Assembly (NCBI GenBank): GCA_963744655.1
Contig: CAVUUJ010000002.1
Coordinates: forward strand, 1,277,864 to 1,341,863
Reading direction: 5' to 3'
Source: an uncultured bacterium
GTDB taxonomy: Bacteria > Verrucomicrobiota > Kiritimatiellia > PWTM01
Length of the DNA stretch: 64,000 nucleotides
Of the stretch, positions 1 through 7,604 are shown piece by piece (position 1 is the stretch's first letter; each line of letters starts with the position of its first letter). Position numbers and translations under genes: made by a program. The notes beneath the pieces are model-generated. The model made no database searches and had not been told where the DNA came from. It was given only the letters and a program-made list of their open reading frames with translations.

Positions 1-897
1 GTCCTCCACCGTCGTCGTGGCCAGCGCGACCCGCTGGTCGGCGGCGCCGTAGTAGACCAGCAGCCGCCCGTCGGGGTGCTCCACCGCGCCGCTGGTGAAG
101 ACGACGTTCGGCACCTGGCCGAGGCACTCGTAGTCGCGCAGCGGCGCGAGGATGAAGCGGTCGGGCGCGGCGAGCACCTTCGAGGGATCCTCGAGGTCGA
201 GCAGGCAGACGCCGAGGTAGTAGTTCCCCGCCGCCGGCGGGTGCGAGACGGCGTGGTAGATCTCGAGCCAGCCGTGGGGCGTGCGGATCGGCACCGTGCC
301 CGCGCCGTTCTTGGCGAAGCTCCAGCTCGTCTCCGGCAGGCGCAGCGGGCGCGGGTCGCCCCAGTGCAGCAGGTCGGGCGAGTAGCTGACCCAGGCGACG
401 CTGGCCTGGCCGTCGGGGCGCTCCATGCGGCAGTAGCGGCCGCCGATTTTCCCGGGGAAGAGCACGGCGTTGCGGTTGCTGACCGTGGACACGCCGCCGA
501 CGGGTTCGAAGCGGTGGAAGTCGGTCGTGCGCGAGAGGGCCACGGTGCTGCCGAGCCCGTTGAGCCAGGTGCAGTGGTAGCCGTACCAGGCGTCCTCCAT
601 CCGCGTCAGCCGCATGTCGAACCGCACACAGCCGCACTCCTCTTCGAGCGGACGGAGCGGGTAGTCGATCGGCTCGGGGTTCACGTCGAACCGCACGCCG
701 TCGGCGCTGGTGGCGACGTGGAAGCGGCTGCGGCGCCGGTAGTCCTCGACGCGCAGCACGAGCAGGACGCGGTCCTCGAACCAGGTCGCGCCGGCGTTGA
801 AGACCGCCGAGGCCTCCATGGGCAGGTCGTCGGCGGTCAGGATGGGGTTGGCCTCGTGCCGCGTGAGCGGCGAGGGGTCGGACGCGGGCTTCTTCAC
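1..897 (-). CDS. GH130-family glycoside phosphorylase/hydrolase (beta-mannoside phosphorylase-like); 3' end runs off the window
   Basis: Absent from the ORF track because its stop lies left of the window. Manual translation from GTG at 897-895 gives VKKPASDPSPLTRHEANPILTADDLPMEASAVFNAGATWFEDRVLLVLRVED...CTWLNGLGSTVALSRTTDFHRFE...NRNAVLFPGKIGGRYCRMERP...LLVYYGAADQRVALATTTVED. A GGAGA RBS lies just upstream. GTGA start/stop overlap with the upstream gene. Confidence 0.8.
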   Translation of the reverse strand, partial: MKKPASDPSPLTRHEANPILTADDLPMEASAVFNAGATWFEDRVLLVLRVEDYRRRSRFHVATSADGVRFDVNPEPIDYPLRPLEEECGCVRFDMRLTRMEDAWYGYHCTWLNGLGSTVALSRTTDFHRFEPVGGVSTVSNRNAVLFPGKIGGRYCRMERPDGQASVAWVSYSPDLLHWGDPRPLRLPETSWSFAKNGAGTVPIRTPHGWLEIYHAVSHPPAAGNYYLGVCLLDLEDPSKVLAAPDRFILAPLRDYECLGQVPNVVFTSGAVEHPDGRLLVYYGAADQRVALATTTVED

Positions 898-2993
898 GCT
901 CGGGTCTCCTCGTGGGTGTCGGCGGCCCGCGGCGCGAGCCGCGGGACGGCCGGTTTCCGGTACAGCCCGGACGCGAGCGCCAGCAGGGCGGCCGAGCTCC
1001 AGGCGAATTCGTTGTGCCCGTTGGGATAGCCCGTCAGGCTGTCGTTGCACTCGCAGATGGACTCGGTGCGGCCGGCGGCCTCCAGGATGCGGTCGGCGAG
1101 GCGGTCGGCCTCGCGCCGGCGCCCGGCGCGGCAGAGCGCGCCGAGGAACCAGACGTCGCCGTGCAGCCACGTGCGCCCGCGCCAGTAGGCCTGTTGCACG
1201 AGCGCGCCCGGATGCTCCGGCGGCGCGTAAAGCAGGCCGCCGTGCCGGAACGTGGGGTGGGCGAGGTCGATGACCGGGAAGGGCAGCGGGGTGAGGAAGT
1301 GCTCCGGGCTCAACAGGTACCGGTCGCAGGTTTCCGCCGCGCGGCGGCGCGGGGCGAAGCCGGCGTAGACGGGAATGAAGCTGCCGAGCGAGGTCACGCC
1401 GTTGAACCGGCCGGAGGGCAGGTGCAGGTCCTGGTAGGCGCCGGCTTCGGCGTTCCAGAGGCGGCGGTTGATCGCGCCCCGCAGCCGCCGGGCCTCCGCG
1501 CGCCGGCGCGCGGCGTCGGCCCCGAGCCCCAGCGCGTCGGCCATCGCGGCGAGCGCGAGCAGTTCGAGCGCGACGAAGGCGTTGATGTCCGGCGCGGCGT
1601 GCTCGTCGGGCCGCATCGGGCCCGCCGGCCGCTCCGCCCAGGGGGCCTGCGGGCCGTAGGCGTCCGCGAGCCCCGGCGACCAGCGCAGCGCGTCGTCCAG
1701 CCCGTAGCAGTGGCCCCGCGGTGGCACGATCAGACCGTGCCCGCCGCGGAAGCCGAGCCACTTGTCCGCGTAACGGGACAGGGGCGCGTAGGCCCGCTCC
1801 ATCAGCTCGCGGTCGGGCTGGAGGGCGAGGTAGCGGACGAGCCCCCACGCGAGAATCGGCATCTGGTAGCCGGGCCGGTAGCTCCCGGCCTGGTAGGTGC
1901 ACGGCGGGGTGCCGTCCTCCGCGATGCCGCCGGTCAGCACCCGCGCGGCGCCGCGCGCCGTCTCGCGGTCGCCGGTCAGTCCCAGCCCGACCAGGGCGAG
2001 GGCGGTGTCCCAGAACCAGGTGGCGCAGACGCCGGTCTTGCCGGCATGCAGCGTCATGGCGGGCCCGCCGGCGCAGGTCCGGTCGCGGTAGCGCAGGGAC
2101 GAGAGCGTGCCCGCCGCCTTGCGGGCGAGGTCGCGATGCCGCGCCGCCTCGCCCTTCATCGGCGGTAGCCCCGCGTAGAGCGCCTCGTGCCGGTCGAGCA
2201 CGGCGGGCAGCCCCTCGTCCGCCGCCCCGCCGGCGGGCGCGTCGGGCCAGGCCTCGTCCTCGAAGGCGAACCGGACGAGGAAGTCGAAGGTCCTCGCGCC
2301 GCCGCCCTCGAGCGTCACGGCCTGCGGCGCGGAGGCGGCGCGGTTCCCGCCCGGGACGAGCGCGGGCACGCCGGGGCCGGGCTCGAGGAGCGCGCGCGCC
2401 CGGTAGGCGAGGTCCTGGATCTTGTGCCGGTTCGTGAAGACGAGCCCCCCGTCCCCGGGCGCGAACCCGCTGCCGGGGGTTGCGGCGCCCTCGGAGCGCC
2501 ACGCGAGCCGGGCCCGCACCGGGCCCCGTGCCGCGTTGCGGAGTTCGTAGCGGATGCGGAGGACGTCGGCGGCGGCGAACCACGCCAGGCAGCGCACGCG
2601 CACGGGCGGCGCGGGATCGGTGCCGTTCCAGCAGACGAACTCGTCCACGTGCGACCGGTAGTAGTTCATCGAGTTGTAGGCGAGCAGCCGGGCGTGCTGC
2701 GCCGGGTCCATCTCCGGGAAGGCGACGGAGAGGCCGAGCAGCTTGTCGAACAGCGGCCGGGCGTCGAGGGCGTAGACGCCCCAGCAGGTGTCCGGTCCCG
2801 CCCCGGTCCCGGTGCTCTTGAGGAACATGAAGCGACTGCCGGCGTCGCGGAAGGCGAAGGCGCCCGCGAAGGAGGCGTCCATGGTCTCCTCCGGCAGGTG
2901 CCGGCTGAAGCGGACGAGGTTGCGGGTGGAGGCGACGAGTGGCCAGCGGCCGTGCAGGTCAACGGGGATCATGAGGGAGCCTCTGCGGGTCAT
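894..2993 (-). CDS. (alpha/alpha)6-barrel glycoside hydrolase, GH63/MGH1/trehalase-like
   Basis: 699-aa ORF with balanced composition. Motifs WFWDTALALVGL, YQMPILAWG, YWRGRTWLHGDVWF and EFAWSSAALLAL. ATGA overlap with the upstream gene at 2990-2993. Alternative start at M 2972. Confidence 0.75.
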   Translation of the reverse strand: MTRRGSLMIPVDLHGRWPLVASTRNLVRFSRHLPEETMDASFAGAFAFRDAGSRFMFLKSTGTGAGPDTCWGVYALDARPLFDKLLGLSVAFPEMDPAQHARLLAYNSMNYYRSHVDEFVCWNGTDPAPPVRVRCLAWFAAADVLRIRYELRNAARGPVRARLAWRSEGAATPGSGFAPGDGGLVFTNRHKIQDLAYRARALLEPGPGVPALVPGGNRAASAPQAVTLEGGGARTFDFLVRFAFEDEAWPDAPAGGAADEGLPAVLDRHEALYAGLPPMKGEAARHRDLARKAAGTLSSLRYRDRTCAGGPAMTLHAGKTGVCATWFWDTALALVGLGLTGDRETARGAARVLTGGIAEDGTPPCTYQAGSYRPGYQMPILAWGLVRYLALQPDRELMERAYAPLSRYADKWLGFRGGHGLIVPPRGHCYGLDDALRWSPGLADAYGPQAPWAERPAGPMRPDEHAAPDINAFVALELLALAAMADALGLGADAARRRAEARRLRGAINRRLWNAEAGAYQDLHLPSGRFNGVTSLGSFIPVYAGFAPRRRAAETCDRYLLSPEHFLTPLPFPVIDLAHPTFRHGGLLYAPPEHPGALVQQAYWRGRTWLHGDVWFLGALCRAGRRREADRLADRILEAAGRTESICECNDSLTGYPNGHNEFAWSSAALLALASGLYRKPAVPRLAPRAADTHEETRA

Positions 2994-4696
2994 GGCGCGG
3001 CCGGCGCGGCGCCGGCGTCACGGTAGATTTCACGGACGAGGGTGTTTTCCGGGGCGTCGTACCAGCCGGTGTAGAACAGAATGTCGCCGCGCCGCACCGA
3101 GGCCGCCAGCTCCGCGAGCTTCCCCTCGGCGTCGGCGCGGCCGATGCGGTTGACGAAGAACGCTTCCGGATAGGTCCGCAGCGCGTACGGCGGCGGCGCG
3201 GTGAGCTTGTTGTGGTTGAGCTGGGAGTAGGGCGCCGCGTAGGCATAGCAGCGCAGGGTCTCCCACTCGGGCAGGACCAGGATGTCGGGGTGCTCGCGCA
3301 TGAGGTCGCGCAGGAGTTGCGCGTCGGGCAGCGCGGTGTAGCCCGCCGCGTCGGGAATCTTCACGGGGTCGCCGACCCATACGATGTCGGAGTCGAGGTA
3401 GAAGAGCGTGCAGCCCCACCGCTCCGTTGCGTGGCGAATCTTGTCGGAGAGGTTCTTGAACCGCGCCGTGCGATCGCGCCAGGCGACCTGTTCGACCTTG
3501 TCGTCGTAGGCGGGCCGCATCGGGCGCTGCGGCCGGACGCAGATGCCGGTGCGCAGGCCGGCCGCGCGGATCCGGTCGAAGAAGGCGTCCGCGAGCGGCT
3601 TCGCGTCCTCGCCCTCGCCGACCGGGAGCCGCATCTCCGGGGGCAGCGAGCGCGGGTCGCCGAGGAAGCTGATCATGTGCGGGTACTCCTGCCCCTCCAC
3701 GTCCCAGACGACGACGCCCTGCGCGTTCAGGCCGCCCGCGACGCGGACTATGCGGTCGGCGTAGGCGAGCACGTCCGTCTTGAAGGCTTCCCGGCCCTCG
3801 TCGGTGCCGGTGTCCAACTCCTTCGGCTTCTTCACGGAATGGTGCCAGCCGCGGGGGTTGCCCGGCCAGTCCTGCCCGGCGGAAGAGAGCATGCACATGC
3901 CGATGGGGCGCCGGTCGTCCCACGCGAGCTCGAAGGGATACGCTTCCGCAAACCGGCGGCAGAGGTCGGCGACCACGGCGTCGAGCTGCGCGTCGGCGGG
4001 CGCGGCGCGCAAGCTGATCCGCCAGCGGTCCGTGCCGCCCGGCGCGACGGGGCGGTCGATCCAGGGGAACTTCTTCGTCTCCAGCGGGTGGCGCCCGGTG
4101 AAGGCCAGCACGGGGACCTCGGTCTTCCCGGGCCCGCGCGGCTTGCCGAAGCCGGCCGCGAGCGGGCGGGCGACCTGTTCGGCGCAGACGGCGACGAGAC
4201 CACCGGGCCCGCGCGAGGCGACGACGCCGAGGCCCTGCAGGTTGTGGGCGAGGTCCGACTTCATGTAGAAGAGCCAGCTCAGGTTCTCGGTCTCGCGCTC
4301 CCCCTCCAGGCGCAGAACAAGCGGCTCGACGTAGAGCGCGACCAGTTCGCCGGGCGCGTCCTCCGCGACCTGGACGCTCACGTCCACCACGAGCCGGCCG
4401 TTCTCGATCGCGTACGCGGCGCCCACGCGGCCCCAGGGGAAGGCGAGCACGGGACGGCCCGGTTCGCCGCCGGTCGCGGCGTCAAGGTCCGCGGCGACGA
4501 CGTCGCCGTCGGGCTCCCGGAAGAACGCGCCGGTGACCCGGAACGTCCCGTCGGCCAGCAGGTCCCGCCCGCCCGCGCGCAGCGCGGACAGCCCGCCGGG
4601 GCCGGGCGCCGCCTCCAGGCCGGCAGCCCGCACTGCGGGGACGGCAAGGGCGAGACCGACGGCGAGCGCGGCGAGGCAGGGGCGTGTGTGCATCAT
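2990..4696 (-). CDS. secreted hypothetical protein, possibly a glycoside-hydrolase-like TIM barrel (family not assigned)
   Basis: 568-aa ORF. Signal peptide MMHTRPCLAALAVGLALAVPAVRAAG. AGGAG RBS about 8 nt upstream. The C-terminal half (GVVVWDVEGQEYPHMISFLGDP, LFYLDSDIVW, ILVLPEWE) looks enzyme-like. Confidence 0.65.
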   Translation of the reverse strand: MMHTRPCLAALAVGLALAVPAVRAAGLEAAPGPGGLSALRAGGRDLLADGTFRVTGAFFREPDGDVVAADLDAATGGEPGRPVLAFPWGRVGAAYAIENGRLVVDVSVQVAEDAPGELVALYVEPLVLRLEGERETENLSWLFYMKSDLAHNLQGLGVVASRGPGGLVAVCAEQVARPLAAGFGKPRGPGKTEVPVLAFTGRHPLETKKFPWIDRPVAPGGTDRWRISLRAAPADAQLDAVVADLCRRFAEAYPFELAWDDRRPIGMCMLSSAGQDWPGNPRGWHHSVKKPKELDTGTDEGREAFKTDVLAYADRIVRVAGGLNAQGVVVWDVEGQEYPHMISFLGDPRSLPPEMRLPVGEGEDAKPLADAFFDRIRAAGLRTGICVRPQRPMRPAYDDKVEQVAWRDRTARFKNLSDKIRHATERWGCTLFYLDSDIVWVGDPVKIPDAAGYTALPDAQLLRDLMREHPDILVLPEWETLRCYAYAAPYSQLNHNKLTAPPPYALRTYPEAFFVNRIGRADAEGKLAELAASVRRGDILFYTGWYDAPENTLVREIYRDAGAAPAAP

Positions 4697-4712
4697 CTTT
4701 CCGACTCCTCTT

Positions 4713-4742
4713 CCTGCATTTTGACGTCCTGCATTTTGACGT
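4713..4742. repeat. 15-nt tandem direct repeat CCTGCATTTTGACGT x2, followed by CTAACGTC
   Basis: Read directly in the 55-nt gap between two minus-strand genes. The 3' part (GACGTCTAACGTC, 4738-4750) recurs at 19924-19936 and 21028-21040. Confidence 0.8.
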
Positions 4743-4751
4743 CTAACGTCT

Positions 4752-7604
4752 TTATCCTATTTGCGGCCAGTACGTTATGTAGCAAATGGGGTCTGAAACG
4801 GCCCTTAGAGGACCGAAAGGGGGCCGGATTCGGCGTTCTAAGGGGGGCCGCCCGAGGGTTCCACCGGACGCCCGGCGCTTCTCGTGTTGATCAGAGGTCA
4901 TGTCTGATCGGCCCTGCTTCGCGTGCCTGCTTCGGATGGCACCGGACAGCGCCTCATGTTCCCTGCGTCCCTTCTTCCGCCCGCGCGGCGGCGGCTGCAC
5001 GCGGACCGTTCCGCTGCCCGGGCCGCGTGTCGCCCGCGCGGCTGCGGCACGTCCGGCGAGGTCCGGCATCGCCCAGCCGCCGCACACGCGCGCGTCCAGC
5101 TCCCGGGCCGTCGCCGCGAAGGCCGGGTCCGCGGCGAGGTTCGTCAGCTCGCCCGGGTCGTTCTCGAGGTCGTAGAGCTGGTGCCGGTCGCCCTCGCTGT
5201 GCACGTACTTCCATCGCCCGGTGCGGATCATGCGTTCGGCGGTGCCCGCCGAGTAGTACTCGCTGAAGACCGCGTCGGGCCCCGGCGCGGCGGGGTCGTC
5301 GAGGAAGGGCCGCAGCGAGCGCCCGTCGAGCCCGTCCGGCGCCGCCAGCCCGCAGGCGTCGGCGAAGGTCGGGAACAGGTCGACCAGGCCGGCGAGCTGC
5401 GGCCGGACCGCGCCGGCGGCGGGCTCGGCGGGGCGGCGCACCATCAGCGGCACGCGCACGGCGGTGTCGAAGAAGCAGTGCTTCTGCACCATGCCGTGGT
5501 TGAAGAGGTTCTCCCCGTGGTCGGAGGTGTAGACCACCAGCGTACGGCCGGCGAGTCCGAGCCGGTCGAGCGCGTCGAGCACGCGCCCCGCCTGCTCGTC
5601 CATGTAGCTCACGTTCGCGTAGTACGCGGCCATGGCGCAGCGCAGCTCGCGGTCGGTGTACGCCCCCGGCGTGAGGACGGGGAACTCGGGGTTGTCGGCG
5701 ATGGTGTCGGGGAAGCCGTCGCGGGGCTGCGCGAGGTCCGGCGGCAGCTCGATCGTGTCCGGGTCGTACAGGTCGTGGAAGCGCTTCGGCGCGTACATCT
5801 CGTTGTGCGGCTTCTCGAGGCCGACCCAGAGGAAGAACGGCGCGTCCCCGCGGCGCTCGAGGAAGTCGATCGAGCGGTCCGCCACCATGCGGTCGAGGAT
5901 CAGCTCCTCCTCCAGCTCGATGGGTGCGTTGGCCGGGTTGATGCCGTTGCGGGGCGGGGGGGCGTCGGGCGGACGGTACTTCGGCAGGTAGCTGGCGTAC
6001 TTGTAGAAGTTCTCCAGCCCGATCGTGTGCTGGTAGTCGTTCGCCATCGGCGTGTAGATGCGGAGCGCCCGCTCGTCGAAGCCGAGGTCGTTCCCGTCCG
6101 TCTCGCCGGCGACGTGCACCTTGCCGAAGGCGGCGGTGGCGTAGCCGGCCCCGCGGAACAGCTCCCCGAGGAGCGGCAGGCCCATGTCGCGGCGCATGTG
6201 CCCGTGCGTGAGCGTGCCGCAGCGGTGCACGTGGCGGCCGGTGACGAGCGCGGAGCGGCAGGGGCCGCAGAGCGGCGAGGCGGCGTAGGCGCGTTCGAAG
6301 CGCACGGAGGAGGCGGCGAGCCGGTCGAGGTTCGGCGTGCGCACCACGGGATGGCCCGCGCAGCCGAGCGCGTCGAACCGGTGCTGGTCCGAGATGAGGA
6401 AGAGGACGTTGAGGGGCGCAGCGGGCTTCACGCTTCGCGCCCCCGTCCCGTCGTACCCGCCCTCGTCCAGCACGGCGTCGTAGACGGCCTGCAGGTTCTC
6501 CCGCGGGACGAGCGGGGGCAGGTTGTTGCCCTCGCGCATGCCGAAGCGGCCGCCTTCCTTCACCCCGGAGCGGAGGATGTCGCGCGCCGCCGCGTAGCAG
6601 CGTGCGGGCGTGCCGCCGAGGAGCAGCTCGACCGGCGGTCCGCCGGTGATCGTCACCTCCGGCCCGAGTTCGCGCCGGAGCCGGCCGTGGTCGACGGGGA
6701 AACCGGTGTCGAACGCGTTGACGCCGAGCCGCTCGCTGAGGAACGGGAAGTGCCGGGTGGCGTCGCCGCAGAGGTGGATGCCGCGCCGGCGCGCCTCGCG
6801 CGGCGCGGTCCCCATCTCCTCGTACCACAGCTCCATCGCCGGCAGCACGACCTCCTCGAGCAGATCGTGCCCGATGAGCTGGATCGAGTCGTCCGCCAGC
6901 GAGGCCCACTCGTCGCGCTCCGGCCGGCCGGCGATGCGGCGCAGGGCCCGGGTGCGCAGGATGGCCGCCCGCGTGATGTGCAGCAGCAGCTCGCGCGCCT
7001 TCTCCGGCTCCTCGGCCAGCAGCAGGAAGATGTCGGGGCCGAACAGGATCGTCCCCACGGTCAGGGGGCCGTCGAAGACGACGACGAAGGGCACCACCTC
7101 GCCCGCGCGGCCGAGGTGGCGGAACCCCTCCGCCGCCGCGAGCAGCTCCTCGCGGTAGGCGAGCGTGCGGCGGATGAAGGGGTTCTCGAGCGGGCGCGAG
7201 AAGTCGCGGCGCAGGAAGTCGTCCACGTCGTCGAGCCCGAGGAACGGCGCCACGTCGGGCACCTGGCCGTCGTGGAAGGAGGGCTGCCCGCCGAAGTACT
7301 GCCCGTCGTAGGTGTTGTGCCATTCGACCGAGAAGGTCCACCGCTCCGGGAGTTCGGCGACGTGGTCGCTGGAGAGCGAGAGTTCCTCGGCGCAGAACCG
7401 GTCGAAGCGCGCCTGCATGGCGAAACAGGCCTCCGGCTCCCGCAGCATCTGCTCGTAGGTGACACCCTCGGGGTTCCACGCCGGGTTCAGCACGACGACG
7501 CGGCTGTTGCAGCCCCAGTTGAGCGGGACGCGGACCGGCCGCCCGGCCCGGAACGCCTCCATCACCGCGCGCTTCTCCCCGTCGGTCGGGATCGGGTTCT
7601 TCAC
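4752..7604 (-). CDS. fusion protein: N-terminal URO-D/MtaA-like (uroporphyrinogen-decarboxylase superfamily) domain plus C-terminal Cys-type sulfatase
   Basis: 950-aa ORF with a GTG start in a GTGA overlap at 7601-7604. N-terminal half: ADDSIQLIGHDLLEEVVLPAMELWYEE...RGIHLCGDATRHFPFL...GVNAFDTG. C-terminal half: NVLFLISDQHRFDALG, SPLCGPCRSALVTGR (CxPxR), VVYTSDHGENL, DLENDPGELTNL. The last ~100 aa are a basic low-complexity tail read through an intergenic repeat. Confidence 0.8.
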   Translation of the reverse strand: MKNPIPTDGEKRAVMEAFRAGRPVRVPLNWGCNSRVVVLNPAWNPEGVTYEQMLREPEACFAMQARFDRFCAEELSLSSDHVAELPERWTFSVEWHNTYDGQYFGGQPSFHDGQVPDVAPFLGLDDVDDFLRRDFSRPLENPFIRRTLAYREELLAAAEGFRHLGRAGEVVPFVVVFDGPLTVGTILFGPDIFLLLAEEPEKARELLLHITRAAILRTRALRRIAGRPERDEWASLADDSIQLIGHDLLEEVVLPAMELWYEEMGTAPREARRRGIHLCGDATRHFPFLSERLGVNAFDTGFPVDHGRLRRELGPEVTITGGPPVELLLGGTPARCYAAARDILRSGVKEGGRFGMREGNNLPPLVPRENLQAVYDAVLDEGGYDGTGARSVKPAAPLNVLFLISDQHRFDALGCAGHPVVRTPNLDRLAASSVRFERAYAASPLCGPCRSALVTGRHVHRCGTLTHGHMRRDMGLPLLGELFRGAGYATAAFGKVHVAGETDGNDLGFDERALRIYTPMANDYQHTIGLENFYKYASYLPKYRPPDAPPPRNGINPANAPIELEEELILDRMVADRSIDFLERRGDAPFFLWVGLEKPHNEMYAPKRFHDLYDPDTIELPPDLAQPRDGFPDTIADNPEFPVLTPGAYTDRELRCAMAAYYANVSYMDEQAGRVLDALDRLGLAGRTLVVYTSDHGENLFNHGMVQKHCFFDTAVRVPLMVRRPAEPAAGAVRPQLAGLVDLFPTFADACGLAAPDGLDGRSLRPFLDDPAAPGPDAVFSEYYSAGTAERMIRTGRWKYVHSEGDRHQLYDLENDPGELTNLAADPAFAATARELDARVCGGWAMPDLAGRAAAARATRGPGSGTVRVQPPPRGRKKGRREHEALSGAIRSRHAKQGRSDMTSDQHEKRRASGGTLGRPPLERRIRPPFGPLRAVSDPICYITYWPQIG

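Noticed and set aside
76-1029. Long + strand ORFs opposite the real genes, for example 76..1029, 912..2168, 3212..5266, 4923..7634, 8490..11336, 40988..43174, 54499..58131 and 57839..61762.
   Set aside because: The translations are dominated by Arg, Ala, Gly and Pro (for example RRRRVRDGVVDLEPAVGRADRHRARA). They have no family motifs. They lie antisense to ORFs with balanced composition and clear homology. These are typical shadow ORFs of a ~70% GC genome.
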